Counted from the stretch's first letter, positions 26,028 through 39,883 are shown. The stretch is 64,000 bases of DNA from Octopus vulgaris (GCA_951406725.2 OX597834.1:7130001-7194000); one strand, 5' to 3'. Numbers and translations are program-made. Notes: a model not told the origin generated them from the sequence alone.

Positions 26028-26505
26028 GAATGTAGGAAAGTCAATTACATCAAATGTAAATAATGTAAATAATTTGTCAAACGTATACTACCTCAAATAG
26101 TAGGATGAAATTTTCAAATTGAAATTTGACTGGTATTTCAAGGGAACTGCATAGCCATTTAGGTGGTCATTCATTAACTCAAAGAAGCTTTCAAATGTAA
26201 ATTCAGATGTGATTATCAACCAATAAGAACCTTTACAATATGACGATATGTAAAGATAATTTAACTCTTTGAATATTGCTCTTCACCGAGAGTAAAGAAT
26301 GACCAGAAAATCGGTGTGGTCGCTTGGGTTGGAATCAAGTCCAAGAAATTAATTATTTGTATGACCTCAGCTGAAGTCACAAGGCATAAGATACATTTCC
26401 TGGGTGAGCTGAGACGTACCAATGTACCACCAACAATTTGACCTGGGGTTATCGGTGTTCAGCATCTTTCATCCTCAGAAACTCTCAAGCAGGTATCTCA
26501 GTCAA

Positions 26506-26739
26506 GTGGTGGCGAGCTGGCAGAAACGTTAGCACGCCGGGCAAAATGCGTAGCCGTATTTCGTCTGCCATTACGTTGTGAGTTCAAATTCCGCCGAGGT
26601 CGACTTTGCCTTTCATCCTTTCGGGGGTCGATAAATTAAGTAACAGTTATGCACTGGGGTCGATGCAATCGGCTTAATACCTATGTCTGTCCTTGTTTGT
26701 CCCCTCTGTGTTTAGCCCCATGTGGGTCATAAAGAAATA
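26506..26739 (+). mobile_element. SINE family B, single copy with about 15-bp TSD
   Basis: Flanked by GGTATCTCAGTCAAG and GGTATTTCAGTCCAG. Other single or older copies lie at about 25507-25950, 47040-47255 (+) and 17460-17880 (-). Confidence 0.88.
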
Positions 26740-27888
26740 GGTATTTCAGTCCAGGTTAACCAGACCACATTCTGCATGCAATCAGCAACAGTTCATGGAT
26801 CAACCGCCTTAATCCATGCCATCAGGAAGTTTATCTTTTAGCTTTGCTCGCAGACTGAATGACTCGCTTCTTTCCACTCCATGTAAAACTGAATCAGGTA
26901 AAGGCTTTAATCCTGGCTCTCTCCCATCAATTCCTGATAATTGGTCTGTTTCCTGTTAATGGTTTCTTCTCAGAGCATCTAACTTCCAACAGGATCAGTT
27001 CTTTTGTCGCTTTCAGAGCATTGCCAAAACTCGCAGGAACAATGCTGGTGCCATATGCTCTTGGAACTTATCACAGCTTTTACTCTGTGGGCTGAGTTAA
27101 TCGTTTAATGATGCAGACATGGCTGTGTGGTAAAGATGTCCACTTTATAAATCCATGGTTTCAGGTTCAGTTCCACAGCATGGCATCTTGGGCAAGTATC
27201 TCATACTATAAATCTGGCCTGACCAATGCTTTGTGAGGGTATTTAGCATACGGAAACTGTGTGGAAGCCTGTCATTTATAGAAGTGCCTGTGTCTGTGTG
27301 TCTGCATGTGTGTGAGTATTTGTAGTTGTGTTTGCGTTTGTTCTCCCCCTATTGCAATGTTGGTTTGCTTATGTCCTTCTCACAGAGCAGTTCAGCAGAA
27401 AAGATCGATAGAATACGTACCAGACTTAGAAAGATAAACTCAGTACTAGGATGGACACATTCGACTAAACCTGTCTGGGCAGTGCTCCAGCATGGCCGCA
27501 GTCTCATGACTGAGATAGGCAAAAAGAGAATTCTTCACTTTCCTCGTAGTAATTGATATTTATATATATTGAACTTTCTCATTGATTTTGGTGCATCAAT
27601 AGAAGCTGGCACCAGTTTCTTGGGATTTCGGATATTATTCTATAATGTTTATGGTTTCGCTTATGTTCTTATTTAACTCCTATGTCGGAGGTGAACCAAG
27701 AATTACGAGGTTCGGCTTTACTCTGATGCTAATGTAGCTATAAGGAGCTTAGCTATTCTTTTCCTTTTTTACTAGTTCGAGTCCTTGGTCTGCAAACGTT
27801 CCTGGATATCTTCAAGAACTGCAGCCGATCCCATTGGCCTGAATAATTATTTGTGTCGTGTACATATTTTTTGGAAACAATATATTGA

Positions 27889-28400
27889 ATGACTAAGTTA
27901 ATGAGCAAGGTCTGGAAGAGTAGAGACATCAGACTCGCTACCAAATGCAGATTGGTGAATGCATTCGTCTTCCCAGTAGCAACATATGGATGCAAGACCT
28001 GGACACTAAAGAAAGCTGACCAGAAGAGAATTAATGCATTCGGGCTTTGGTGTTGGAGAAGACTTTTACGGATTCCATGGACAGTGAGGCTCACCACTGG
28101 AGAAGTTCTTAACCAGATCAGGCCAAAAATGTCGCTAGAAGCTAGGATCACCAAGCATAGAATGGCATATTTCGGTCATATTATGCGGAGAAAATCCCTG
28201 GAGAAGGACATCATGCTCGGAATTGTCAGTGGCAAGAGAGGAAGAGGTCGACCAAGAACCCACTGGCTTGACACCATCAAGAGTGACACAAGAATGGCCA
28301 TAGCCAATCTGAATGAAACTACCCAGGATAGAACTGGCTGGAGAACACTGATCCATCGAGTAACCGAGAGTCGACTTCGACTGAGCGGATAGATAGATAG
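27889..28400 (+). mobile_element. RTE (BovB-like) LINE, 5'-truncated 3' fragment
   Basis: Open frame MTKLMSKVWKSRDIRLATKCRLVNAFVFPVATYGCKTWTLKKADQKRINAFGLWCWRRLLRIPWT...YFGHIMRRKSLEKDIMLG...GRPRTHWLD, followed by a (GATA)n tail. Confidence 0.92.
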
Positions 28401-28795
28401 AAGTTAATTTTAGACTTAAATGGATGCATATCAACTCACTATTTTATACTCATATACACAAACAGAGATGTACACAAACATACATGCACTTAGAACCACA
28501 CAATATGCAAATATTTTATAGAAACATCCGATGCACAATACAACAGGCTGGTATTATTACGATGGTATCTATTATATATGTACGAAAATACATTATGCAT
28601 TAAGTTGACACTCACAGCAAAATTTCGTTTATATATAGAATCAAATATACTATCTATACTAACTACAAGCACAGTAGAGTATGTTAGTATAAAATGTATT
28701 ATTTGTATATCGGTAAGAACAATTTCTCAAAAATGATTTCTTTGCAGCAAAGTAAAAATGGTAAAACAAAAATTACACGTCAAACATTTGGTAAT

Positions 28796-29186
28796 GGATG
28801 GAAGCACTCCGTCGATTACAACGACGAGGGTTCCGGTTGATCCGATCAACGGAACAGCCTGCTTGTGAAATTAACGTGTAAGTTGGCTGAGCACTCCACA
28901 GACACGTGTACCCTTAACGTAGTTCTCGGGGATATTTTCAGCGTGACACGGAGAGTGACAAGGCCGGCCCTTTGAAATACAGGTACAACAGAAACAGTAA
29001 GAAAGAGTGAGAGAAAGTTGTGGTGAAAGAGTACAGTAGGGATCACCACCATCCCCTGCCGGAGCCTCGTGGAGCTTTTTTAGGTGTTTTCGCTCAATAA
29101 ACACTCACAACGCCCGGTCTGGGAATCGAAACCGCGATCCTACGACCGCGAGTCCGCTGCCCTAACCACTGGGCCATTGCGCCTCC
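28796..29186 (-). mobile_element. tRNA-derived SINE, full length with TSD
   Basis: Head GGAGGCGCAATGGCCCAGTGGTTAGGGC...GGTTTCGATTCCC; direct repeat ATTTGGTAAT on both sides. Confidence 0.88.
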
Positions 29187-29450
29187 ATTTGGTAATAGCG
29201 AACAAGCAAAACAGACTACAGTTGCCGAATATACACGATAGAGTTTCCCTCGATGATGTTGGCAAAACGAGACTTGAATCAGAAAGTCATTAACTGTAAC
29301 AGTTAATGAAGCAGATAAACACGACACAGCTTTGTCTACAATAAAGTCTAAAGCAATCTCAGGGTATCTGCTAATTTTGGTGCGAAGACTGCTTTGTGTC
29401 CATCGAGGCTATTAAACTATTAAACACACACACACACATGCACACACACT

Positions 29451-30298
29451 ACCTATTTCTTTATTACCCACAAGGGGCTAAACACAGAGGGGACAAAGAA
29501 GGACAGACAAACGGATTAAGTCGATTATGTCGACCACAGTGCGTAACTGGTACTTATTTAATCGACCTATTTCTTTACTACCCACAAGGGGCTAAACACA
29601 GAGGGGACAAAGAAGGACAGACAAACGGATTAAGTCGATTATGTCGACCCCAGTGCGTAACTGGTACTTATTTAATCGACCTATTTCTTTACTACCCACA
29701 AGGGGCTAAACGCAGAGGGGACAAACAAGGACAGACAAACGGATTAAGTCGATTACATTGACCCCAGTGCGTAACTGGTACTTATTTAATCTACCTATTA
29801 CTTTACTACCCACAAGGGGCTAAACACAGAGGGGACAAACAAGGACAGACAAACGGATTAAGTCGATTACATCGACCCCAGTGCGTAACTGGTACTTATT
29901 TAATCGACCTATTTCTTTACTGCCCACAAGGGGCTAAACACAGAGGGGACAAACAAGGACAGACAAAAGGATTAAGTCGATTATATCGACCCCAGTGCAT
30001 AACTGGTACTTATTTAATCGACTTATTTCTCTACTACCCACAAGGGGCTAAACACAGAGGGGACAAACAAGGACAGACAAACGGATTAAGTCGATTACCT
30101 CGACCACAGTGCATAACTGGTACTTATTTAATCGACCTATTTCTTCACTACCCACAAGGGGCTAAACACAGAGGGGACAAACAAGGACAGACATAGGTAT
30201 TAAGTCGATTACATCGACCCCAGAGAGTAACTGGTACTTAATTTATCGACCCCGAAAGGATGAAAGGCAAAGTCAACCTCTGCGGAATTTGAACTCTA
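29451..30298 (-). repeat. Tandem array of seven about 114-bp units of the SINE family B 3' half
   Basis: Units start at about 29451, 29564, 29679, 29793, 29907, 30021 and 30135. Confidence 0.92.
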
Positions 30299-30714
30299 CA
30301 CACATACACGCACACACACACACTCATGTACGCGCACACACACACACACACACACACATACATGCACACACACACACTCATGCACACACACACAAAAATG
30401 CATGTTCTAGTGGCTAGAGCATTGCACTCATGTTCAAAAGATTGTGGTTCCAATCCCCAGACCAGCATTGTGCTCTTGAGGTGTAAATGGATAATTCTGC
30501 GATGGACTACCATCGTACTCAAGGGAATGTTAGCTTGTCAACCTAGTCAGTGGGGGTGACATAATTCAAAAGCTAAAACAATGCAAAGCGCACTGTGACT
30601 AGTGGTATGTAACAACATCCGAAACTCAAGTTGATATTGGATACACACACATACGCTTGCCTATGTATCTATGGTTGCATAAGTGTGCGTTTGTGTGCGC
30701 ATGTGTGTGTGTTT

Positions 30715-30751
<37 letters not shown>

Positions 30752-30756
<5 letters not shown>

Positions 30757-31580
30757 CGAAAGTAATGCAAAGGTGATGATAGTTTTGTTATCTACTGACA
30801 GAGGTCGCTCAAACTGCACGTATTTATACAGCAACACTTCTCTGGAACACCATCTCTTCTTGTTCTTGATCAGAAGCAAATAATGGGCACCAAGGAGGGC
30901 ACCAAGCAAGATGCTGTCACCGAGTTCTTGACAGAAGAGAGGGGCAGAAGAAATTTAAAGAAAGGCGCAGGAGTGGCTGTGTGGTAAGTAGTTTGCTTAC
31001 CAACCACATGGTTCCGGGTTCAGTCTCACTACGTGGCATCTTAGGCAAGTGTCTTCTGCTATAGCCTCGGGCCGATCAATGCCTTGTGAGTGGATTTGGT
31101 AGACGGAAACTGAAAGAAGCCTGTCGTATATGTGTCGTATATGTGTATATATATGCGTGTGTGTATGTGTTTGTGTGTCTGTGTTTGTCCCACTAGCATT
31201 GCTTGACAACCGATGCTGGTGTGTTTATGTCCTTGTCACTTAGCGGTTAGGCAAAAGAGACCGATAGAATAAGTACTGGGCTTACAAAGAATAAGTCCCG
31301 GGGTCAATTTGCTTGACTAAAGGTGGTGCTCCAGCATGGCCACAGTCAAATGACTGAAACAAGTAAAAGAGTAAGAGAGTAAAGGGAAATCAGTTTTGAA
31401 GAGGAACCACACAGGAGATCATAATTTACGCTTCAGCCCTGAACAGAAGAATTGTCTGTAGACAGACAAGTAACGGTTCGTCGTAAGCTTGGTGCAGTGT
31501 GGTCACCATGCATTATTGATGTTGGTGGAAGACTTTGCGGTTACAGAAAGTATGTGCAAAATGAGTTCCTTGGAGATAAG
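30752..31580 (+). pseudogene. Decayed mariner transposase 5' part, interrupted by SINE A (30963-31384)
   Basis: KQDAVTEFLTEERG, ISFEEEP, DRQVTVRR and GYRKYV resemble the mariner N-terminal KQRAVIEFL, DRRxTVRE and GYRKVxxxWVP motifs; frameshifted. Confidence 0.55.
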
Positions 31581-31874
31581 GATGGATCTCTCTTCTACTC
31601 TGCTAGTATCCTTTGAAGCCAATAGCAGTGGTGACGAGGAAATCGTGGATTGCACAGCCACTGTGTAGTATTGCGATATAACAAACTATATGTATGAGAA
31701 TTTATACATAAAAACAAAGCATATAAAATGTGTACATGCATGGATCTTAAATACTGCTCACATACTCACATACATGCAAAAAATATCCTGTTGATGTTTA
31801 TGAAATTCCAATGGGGAAGCCTTGGATCTTGGTTAGGAACCATCTCTTTCTGTGTTAGGAAGAAAGCTTGAAAT

Positions 31875-32740
31875 ACCTATTTCTTTACTACCCACAAGGG
31901 GCTAAACACATAGAGGACAAACAAGGACAGACAAATGGATTAAGACGATTATATCGACCCCAGTTCGTAACTGGTACTTATTTAGTCGACCTCGGACGAA
32001 TTTGAACTCAGAACGGGAAGATGGACGGAATACCTATTTCTATTTCTTTACTACCCACAAGGTGCTAAACACACAGAGGACAAACAAGGACAGACAAACG
32101 AATTAAGTCGATTATATCGACCCCAGTGCGTAACTGGTACTTATTTAATCGACCCCAAAAGGATGAAAGGCAAAGTTGACCTCGGCGGAATTTGAACTCA
32201 GAATGTAGTAGCAGACGAAATACCTATTTCTTTACTACCCACAAGGGGCTAAACACAGAGAGGACAAACAAGGAAAGACAAACGGATTAAGTCGATTATA
32301 TCGACCCCAGTGCGTAACTGGTATTTATTTAATCGACCCCGAAAGGATGAAAGGCAAAGTCGACCTTGGCGGAATTTGAACTCAGAACGTAACGGCAGAC
32401 GAAATACCCATTTCTTTACTACCCACAAGGGGCTAAACACAGAGAGGACAAACAAGGACAGATAAAGGGATTAAGTCGATTATATTGACCCCAGTGCGTA
32501 ACTGGTACTTATTTAATCGACCTATATCTTTACTACCCACATGGGGCTAAACACAGAGGGGACAGACAAACGGATTAAGTCGATTATATTGACCCCAGTG
32601 CATAACTGTGTAACTAGTACTTATTTAATCTACACCAAAAGGATGAAAGGCAAACTCGACCTCGGCGGAATTTGAACTCAGAACATAGCGGCAGACGAAA
32701 TACTGCAAAGCATTTCGCCCGGCGCGCTAACATTTCTGCC
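31875..32740 (-). mobile_element. SINE family B tandem array with mixed unit lengths
   Basis: Repeated CTATTTCTTTACTACCCACAAGGGG unit starts; head at about 32740. Confidence 0.9.
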
Positions 32741-33257
32741 ATAAAACTGTATACATCGATACATGTACATCACATGCACTTATGTACATTCGTCCATAAC
32801 ACATAACTCATACTCTGCTCTGTTTTTATTGTTAATTACTTAACATAGTTTCTCCATATATGTTAACGACACATCTGGTGATTGATCTTGAAAAGCAGCT
32901 GGGTCCGTTAAATCAATGCCGTTTCTTTCTCAGCAAGCACTCATGATACAATACACCTGCTTCTACCATTTCTATTCTTTGTATTAGTTTATGACTATTA
33001 ATGCTGGAATACTTCAACTTACCATCTGATGTCCCGATGTAAGAATTTTCCGTTTCGTCCACAGATCTCCTGCAGTTATTCTATATTTGTTAAACAATGT
33101 TATTCCTCTCCCTTCTGAATATAAGGAATGGCACTTAACTGCAGTTTAGCTGTGCAGTAGTCTTGATAGTATTTCTAAATTAACACATCAATTATCGTTG
33201 TTAAAAGCGAATATTTCTCGCATAGAAACACACTTTGGTATACACAATGAAATAGGA

Positions 33258-33575
33258 GTGGCTCGTGGAAGCGCCATCCAACCAAAATGCAAATATATGG
33301 GAAACTACCACCTGTATCATCTCTTGTGAAATGTAGGAGAGTCCAGTTTGCTGGACATTGTTGTAGAGCTGAAAACGAGGTAATTTCTACTCTTCTCCTC
33401 TGGAAGCCATCTACTCGCAATACCAGAGGGCGCACACTCTCCTACTCTGATGTAATCTCCAGGGATACAGGCATCCAGCAACAGGACCTCCGTAATGCTA
33501 TGATGGACCGTGAAGTCTGGCGTAACATAGTAAATTCCATTGTCTCGACCACGGTTGAACAATGATGATGATGAT
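33258..33575 (+). mobile_element. RTE-like LINE 3' fragment with (TGA)n tail
   Basis: SWKRHPTKMQIYGKLPPVS...RRVQFAGHCCR...LLLWKP...RGRTLSYSDVISRDTG...MMDREVWR; followed by SINE A at 33575-33982. Confidence 0.8.
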
Positions 33576-34197
33576 GTGGTAAGTATCTTGCTTACCAACC
33601 ACATGGTTCCGGGTTCAGTCGCACTGCGTGGCATCTTGGGCAAGTGTCTTCTACTATAGCCTCGGGCCGACCAAAGCCTTGTGAGTGGATTTGGTAGACG
33701 GAAACAGAAAGAAGCCCGTCGTATATATGTATATATATATATATATATGTATGTGTATGTGTATATGTTTGTGTGTCTGTGTTTGTCCCCCCAACATCGC
33801 TTGACAACCAATGCTGGTGTGCTTACGTCCCCGTAACTTAGCGGTTCGCCAAAAGAGACCGATAGAATAAGTACTAGGCTTACAAAGAATAAGTCCTGGG
33901 GTCGATTTGCTCGACTAAAAGGCGGTGCTCCAGCATGGCCACATTCAAATGACTGAAACAAGTAAAAAGAGTAAAAAGAGTAATGATTCCTGTGGCTTTA
34001 CAGAGGACGGATGTGAGCAGAATTGTAATTCTTTGAACGTCATCATCTTCATCGTTCTCATTGTATTTCCACTAAAACCACCATCAGCATCATCGTGATA
34101 ATAAAAATTCTTCCTCATTTGGTATAAGGTCGCCATTTTTAAGAGGAGGGGACATAGCGATTACATGACTATATTAATCCTAATTTCTTGACTGATA

Positions 34198-34490
34198 ATC
34201 ATCATCATCATCATCATCGTTTAACGTCCGTTCTCCATGCTAGCATGGGTTGGACGGTTCGACCGGGGATCTGGGAAGCCAGGAGGCTGCACCAGGCTCC
34301 AGTCTTATCTGGCAATGTTTCTACAGCTGGATGCCCTTCCTAACGCCAACCACTTCGTGAGTGTAGTGGGTGCTTTTTACGTGCCACCTGCACAGGTGCC
34401 AGGCGAGGCTGGCCCCGGCCACGGTCGGATCGGTGTATTTTACATGCCACCGGCACGGAAGCCAGTCGAGGCGGCGCTGGCATCGGCTGC
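34198..34490 (-). mobile_element. (GAT)n-tailed SINE-like element with internal about 60-bp repeats
   Basis: Contains GTTGGCGTTAGGAAGGGCATCCAGC and ends GGACGTTAAACGATGATGAT on the minus strand. Copies lie at about 34975-35360, 39194-39600, 52625-52795 and 56640-57025 (-), and 37503-37655, 49050-49470 and 53450-53655 (+). Confidence 0.8.
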
Positions 34491-35760
34491 GAGTCATATT
34501 AACACACACACACACACACACATGTCTCTTATGGTAGCGCCCCACCATGGCTAAGGTCTAATGATTGAAACAAGTAAAAACGTAAAAAAATAAAAATATA
34601 TATATAAGCGCAGACATGGCTGTTGGGTGAGAAGCTTTGCTTCCCAACCATATGGTTCGGAGCTCTTGTTATTCTCTGGGCAACAAACTATTGCAACAGG
34701 ATTGACTGCAGAGACGGGACTAGGAATTACTAGGAAGGGAATCTAAAATAAACTAGCATTAATGCTAGTGGCAGTGCCCCAGTATGGTCCAGCCTCTGGC
34801 TGAGAGACCAGTAATGGAATAACAGAATAATAGGATGTCACTATTATACTTTCAGCATGCTCCTTTAGGCTGAGAATAATTTATACAAAGAACTTGCCCT
34901 TGTTGGCCAAGGCTATAATAAATATGCGAGACTCCTTGACTGTCTGTAGGTCGTATTTCTTCTCTTGCATCATAATCATCATCATCGTTTAGCATCTGCT
35001 TTCAATGCTAGCATGGGTTGGACAGTTCAACTGGGGTCTGGGAAGCCAGAAGGCTGCACCAGGCCCAGTCTGATCTGGCAATGTTTCTACGGCTGGATGC
35101 CCTTCCTAACGCCAATCACTCCGAGAGTGTAGTGGGTGGCTTTTACGTGCCACTAGCATGGGGGCCAGGCAAGGCTGGCAACGACCATGATCGGATGGTG
35201 CTTTTTACATGCCACCGGCACGGGGGCCAGGCGAGTCTGGTAACAGCCACGATCGGATGGTGCTTTTTACATGCCACCGGCATGGGGGCCAGGCAAGGCT
35301 GGCAACGTCCACGATCGGATGGTGCTTTTTACGTGCCACCGGCACGAGGCCAGTCGGGGCGACGCAAGAAAAGTATTAATTCACAAAGGAGTTATTTACA
35401 TGGGATAAAGCTTGTCATTCCTTTCCAAAATATGTGTGTTTTTCCGGCAGCTGTTGTTGAAACAGGAGCTGAGCATCAACTCCATGAATCTCTGTGGTGA
35501 AGGAAGACCAACAAGCACCGTGAACACTGCTGTTTATTTTTGTGATAAACGTATAAACAAACACTAATTCTTTCCCATTTGTTTAGTGGTATTTACAGCC
35601 TGTAGAGTACATATAATCACATTCTTATTCAAAGATAATTGGTTTTTTAAAAAAACAAATTTTGTATCATTAAAAAAACATTTTGTTGGATATCTATTCT
35701 TATTTTCATTGAGGTACTGCCCAATTATAAACTAGGTATTTTGTAGTGATTTTTGCATGC

Positions 35761-35804
<44 letters not shown>

Positions 35805-36082
35805 GTGTGTGTGTAACTATGCATGTGAATGAGTGTGTGAGAGAGAGAGAGAGAAAGAGTGAATTTGTGTGAGTATGAATGTTTGTAAGTATTTTGTATA
35901 TATGTATGCATGCATATAGTATATAAATATGTGTGCATATGCGCGCTCACACACATATGTATACACACACAGATATATATACATATTTAGTGTGTATGTA
36001 TATATATGTGTTTGTGTATACGTATATATATATATCTTGGTATATATTTATATAAATATGTGTTTATGTGTGTGTGTCTCAG

Positions 36083-38085
36083 TAAATTTGAAAGAAAAGA
36101 TGTTGGGTTTTGTGGAATTAAAAGAAGCAACTCATGGCACTGACATAAAAAAAAATATGCTTGACAGAGCCTTAACAAGTGCTCTGGCATTCTACTGAAT
36201 GAACTTGTCAGTGTTCCAACAACTGCCGTTCCTGTAAAGATTGGTTAAAAAGCAAGATTAATTGCACTTATGAAAAGTGAACCCAGATTCCCAGAGTTTC
36301 TCACTGTGCATTGTAATATTCATCATGAACACCTCGTAGCCAGATACTTCAAATAGGGAGATGTAATGAAACCTGCACTTGAAATTGTGAATTCCATATT
36401 TTTAAATCGGAAGACACACGGACAGTTCAGAAATTTTATTGAAGAACTGGAATTTGAAGATAGACCCAGTGATGTATCTTTATACTGCATTGCGAGATGG
36501 CTATCAAGCATCAAAATCCTGAGTGGGTTTATAGATCTGTTGGGGCCTATTATTACTTTTCTTTAAGAGTAAAGAACCGATTTCCAACTGGAAAATGATA
36601 AATGGATGTGAAATATGCTGCTCCTTACTGTTATAATGAACCATAACCATATACAAACTCCCAGCTTGGCACACCAGGGAAAGAATAAGATTATTCTGAA
36701 CTTTCTCTGACAGTTTTTAGCTTTCAGAATAAAATAAAAGCTTTTCAGTGAGGCATATTGCCAAGAATTTCCAGCCACTTTCCCAATCTCAAAGAGTATA
36801 TGCATTCCCTGATATTGCAATAGAAGACCAACCCTTTTGCTACCATAATTCTTTTTTGAGATGCTCTGTGTTTCATTCAATTAATTTTAAATACAACAAA
36901 GAATTTAAAGCTAGTGTTAGGAACATAAATTGTGACTAAAGTTTGGTGGAAGATTTTAATTCAATATTTATGAAAACAAGACATTTGTACTACAGAGCCA
37001 GAGGCAGTTTTGGCCGGGTTGGTATCAAAACAGTTAATTAGGAGAATATAAACATAAACTACCATGACTGCTTGACAATTTCCTGGCCAGGAATTTGATG
37101 ACATGCAGAAGATGAAGCACTGTTTTATCCCTCTGGAAAATCCTTTTATGGTTGATGTGGTCAATGATGGTTGTACAATTCTTAAACCTCTAATCACAGA
37201 ATCATCTGCTGTGTGAATGAAACTAATGAAATTACAGGAGGACTTGGGTCTAAAGATGATCTATAAATCCCAGTCTACTACTGATTTTTGGAAACAAGTT
37301 TCAGGAATAAGAGTGGCTGTGTGGTAAGTAGCTTGCTTATGAACCACATGGTTCCAGGTTCAATCCTACTGCATGGCAACTTGGGCAAGTGTCTTCTACT
37401 ATAGCTTCAGACAGACCAAAGCTTTGTGAGTGGATTTGGTAGACGGAAACTGAAAGAAGCACGTCGTATATATGTATATATATATATATATATATATGTA
37501 TGTTGTGGCATTAGGAAGGGCATCTAGCCATAGAAACACTGCCAGATCTGACTGGGCCTGACGAAGCCTTCCAGCTTCACAGACCCCAGTTGAACCGTCC
37601 AACCCATGCTAGCATGGAAAGCGGACGCTAAACGATGATGATGATGATGATGATGTGTGTGTGTGTGTTGTTTGTGTGTGTGTCTGTGTTTGTCCCCCCA
37701 ATATCGCTGGTGTGTTTATGTCCTTGAAACTTAGCGGTTTGGCAAAAGAAACCGATAGAATAAGTACTAGGCTTACAAAGAATAAGTCCTGGGGTCGATT
37801 TGCTCGACTAAAGGTGGTGCTCCAGCATGGCCTCAGTCAAAAATGACTGAAACAAGTAAAAGAGTAAGCAAAATATCCCGAACTGAAGAAAACTTGTTGT
37901 GTCACTCGTCTCAATTTTCAACGCAGCCTACAGCCGTGAATCATTGTACCCTGTAAAGAAATTTGTGCACCTGAGGCACTGTGCAAACCTTACCAACCAT
38001 CATCACCTGACAGAACTAATTCGTAGAGCACTGACTACATACCGGCAGATTACAGCCAAGATGGAAATCCACAAGACATCAATTA
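36083..38085 (+). pseudogene. Decayed hAT (SPIN/GTF2IRD2/Charlie-like) transposase interrupted by a MITE and nested SINEs
   Basis: Motifs HCNIHHEHL, EIVNSI...HGQFRNFIEEL, ARWLS, FWKQV and SIFNAAYSRESLY...LTNHHHLTELIR (dimerisation domain); multiple stops. Confidence 0.85.
36830..37037. mobile_element. piggyBac-like MITE
   Basis: Degenerate TIRs (AACCCTTTTGCTACC ... GGTATCAAAACAGTTAA) interrupt the hAT frame; homologue at 8261. Confidence 0.6.
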
Positions 38086-38216
38086 GCAATAATAATAATA
38101 AAAAAAAAGGACTAGTACTCTGTTGGATACCAGGACAAGGTTTCCAGTCGATGTGATTAAAATTTATATGATTTTATGAAAACAAGACATTTGTATTTTA
38201 GATTTGATTTATAAAA

Positions 38217-38700
38217 TCTTTCAGTTTCCGTCTACCAAATCCACTCACAAGACTTTGGTCAGCCCGCGGCTATAGTAGAAGACACTTGCCCAAGAAGCCA
38301 CGCAGTGGGACTGAACCCGGAACCATGTGGTTGGTAAGCAAGCTACTTACCACACAGCTATGCCTGTGCCTATGCGACAGGCTTCTTTCAGTTTCCATCT
38401 ACCAAATCCACTCACAAGGCTTTGGTCGGCCCAAAGCTATTGTAGAAGACACTTAACCCAAGGTGCCACGCAGTACGACTGAACCCGGAACCATGTGGTT
38501 GGTAAGCAAGCTACTTACCACACAGCCATGCCTGTGCCTATGCGACAGGCTTCTTTCAGTTTCCATCTACTAAATCTACTCACAAATCTTTGGTTGGTCC
38601 TAGGCCATAGTAGAAGAAACTTGACCAAGGTGCATCACAGTGGGGATGAACCCATATAGTTGGTAAGCAAGCTACTTACCACACACCCCACTCTTATGCC
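38217..38700 (-). repeat. Three tandem copies of the SINE A 5' half
   Basis: About 170-bp units joined by GCCTATGCGACAGGCTT. Confidence 0.85.
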
Positions 38701-39158
38701 TGAAACTTGTTTCCACAGTCTGCTTGTGGAATTAAATTACAAGTGGCTGAGTACTCCACAGACATGCATGTAGTTCTCGGGGAGATTCGGTATGACACAA
38801 AGAAAGCGACAAGGCTGGCCCTTTCAAATACAGATATTACTAATTTTTTCCGGTTGAATTCACTGGAGTAACATGAAATAAAGTGTCTTGCTGAGTGCTG
38901 CTGGGAATTGAACTCACAGACTTATGATTGTGAGCTGAATGATCTAACCACTTAGCCATGCACCTTCACAAACAAGCAATAAATAGCAGCTTTAGTAGAC
39001 TGATATGTGTTGCATTGTCTGTTTGTCATAAAAAAAAGCCTACTTTAATAAGGAACTGATTAAAACTATCTCTAATTTTATAGGTTTGCTTTTTTCTGTA
39101 TATAATTTTCCTCCAAGTTTTAACCAGATATTAACTAAGATATATATATAAATACCAT

Positions 39159-39189
<31 letters not shown>

Positions 39190-39612
39190 CATACATCATC
39201 ATCATCATCGTTTAGCGTCCGCTTTCCATGCTAGCATGGGTTGGACAGTTCAACTGGGGTCTGGGAAGCCAGAAGACTGCACCAGGCCCAGTCTGATCTG
39301 GCAAGGTTTCTACGGATGGATGCCCTTCCTAACGCCAACCACTCCATGAGTGTAGTGGGTGCTTTTTACGTGCCACTGGCACAGGTGCCAGACGAGTCTG
39401 ACAAACGGCCACGATCGGAGGGTGCTTTTTATGTGCCACCGGAATGGGGGCTAGGCGAGGCTGGCAACGGCCACGAACGGTTGGTGCTTTTTACGTGCCA
39501 CCGGCACGAGGCCAGTCAAGGTGGTGCTGGCAACAGCCGCGTTCAGATGGTTCTCTTACGTGCCACCGGCACTGGTATCTCAGCTGCAATTTCCATTGAT
39601 AGATTTCACATG

Positions 39613-39826
39613 TCAAAATGTGACCTCGTGTGTACCGTTGGCGATTTTTTTTCCTCTGTCTTCCCTTCTCTGGATCTTTCCCTCTCCTATGTTTCCGACG
39701 AAGGGCTCCGCTCGAAACGTTAAACCCTCCTTCTTTCCTTCTTTCCTGAGCGTCCAATAATACTATATTTGTTCCACGTCTTAGTGTTGTTGTGTTTTTT
39801 TTGTGCTTTCTTGTTTGGATTAACTT
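39613..39826 (+). mobile_element. Second copy of the about 215-bp HHR mini-element (HHR at 39691-39725, core mutated to CCGACGA)
   Basis: Same start TCAAAATGTGACC and same end TTTGGATTAA..TT(TA)n as 3531-3746. Confidence 0.75.
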
Positions 39827-39836
39827 TATATATATA

Positions 39837-39883
<47 letters not shown>

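Noticed and set aside
26270-27110. More GC-balanced unique-looking stretch split by a SINE
   Set aside because: The frames I translated have stops and no recognisable motif; it is probably an old TE remnant.
29451-30298. Regular repeat array superficially like CRISPR
   Set aside because: Units are contiguous SINE-derived repeats without unique spacers, the context is eukaryotic, and there are no cas genes.
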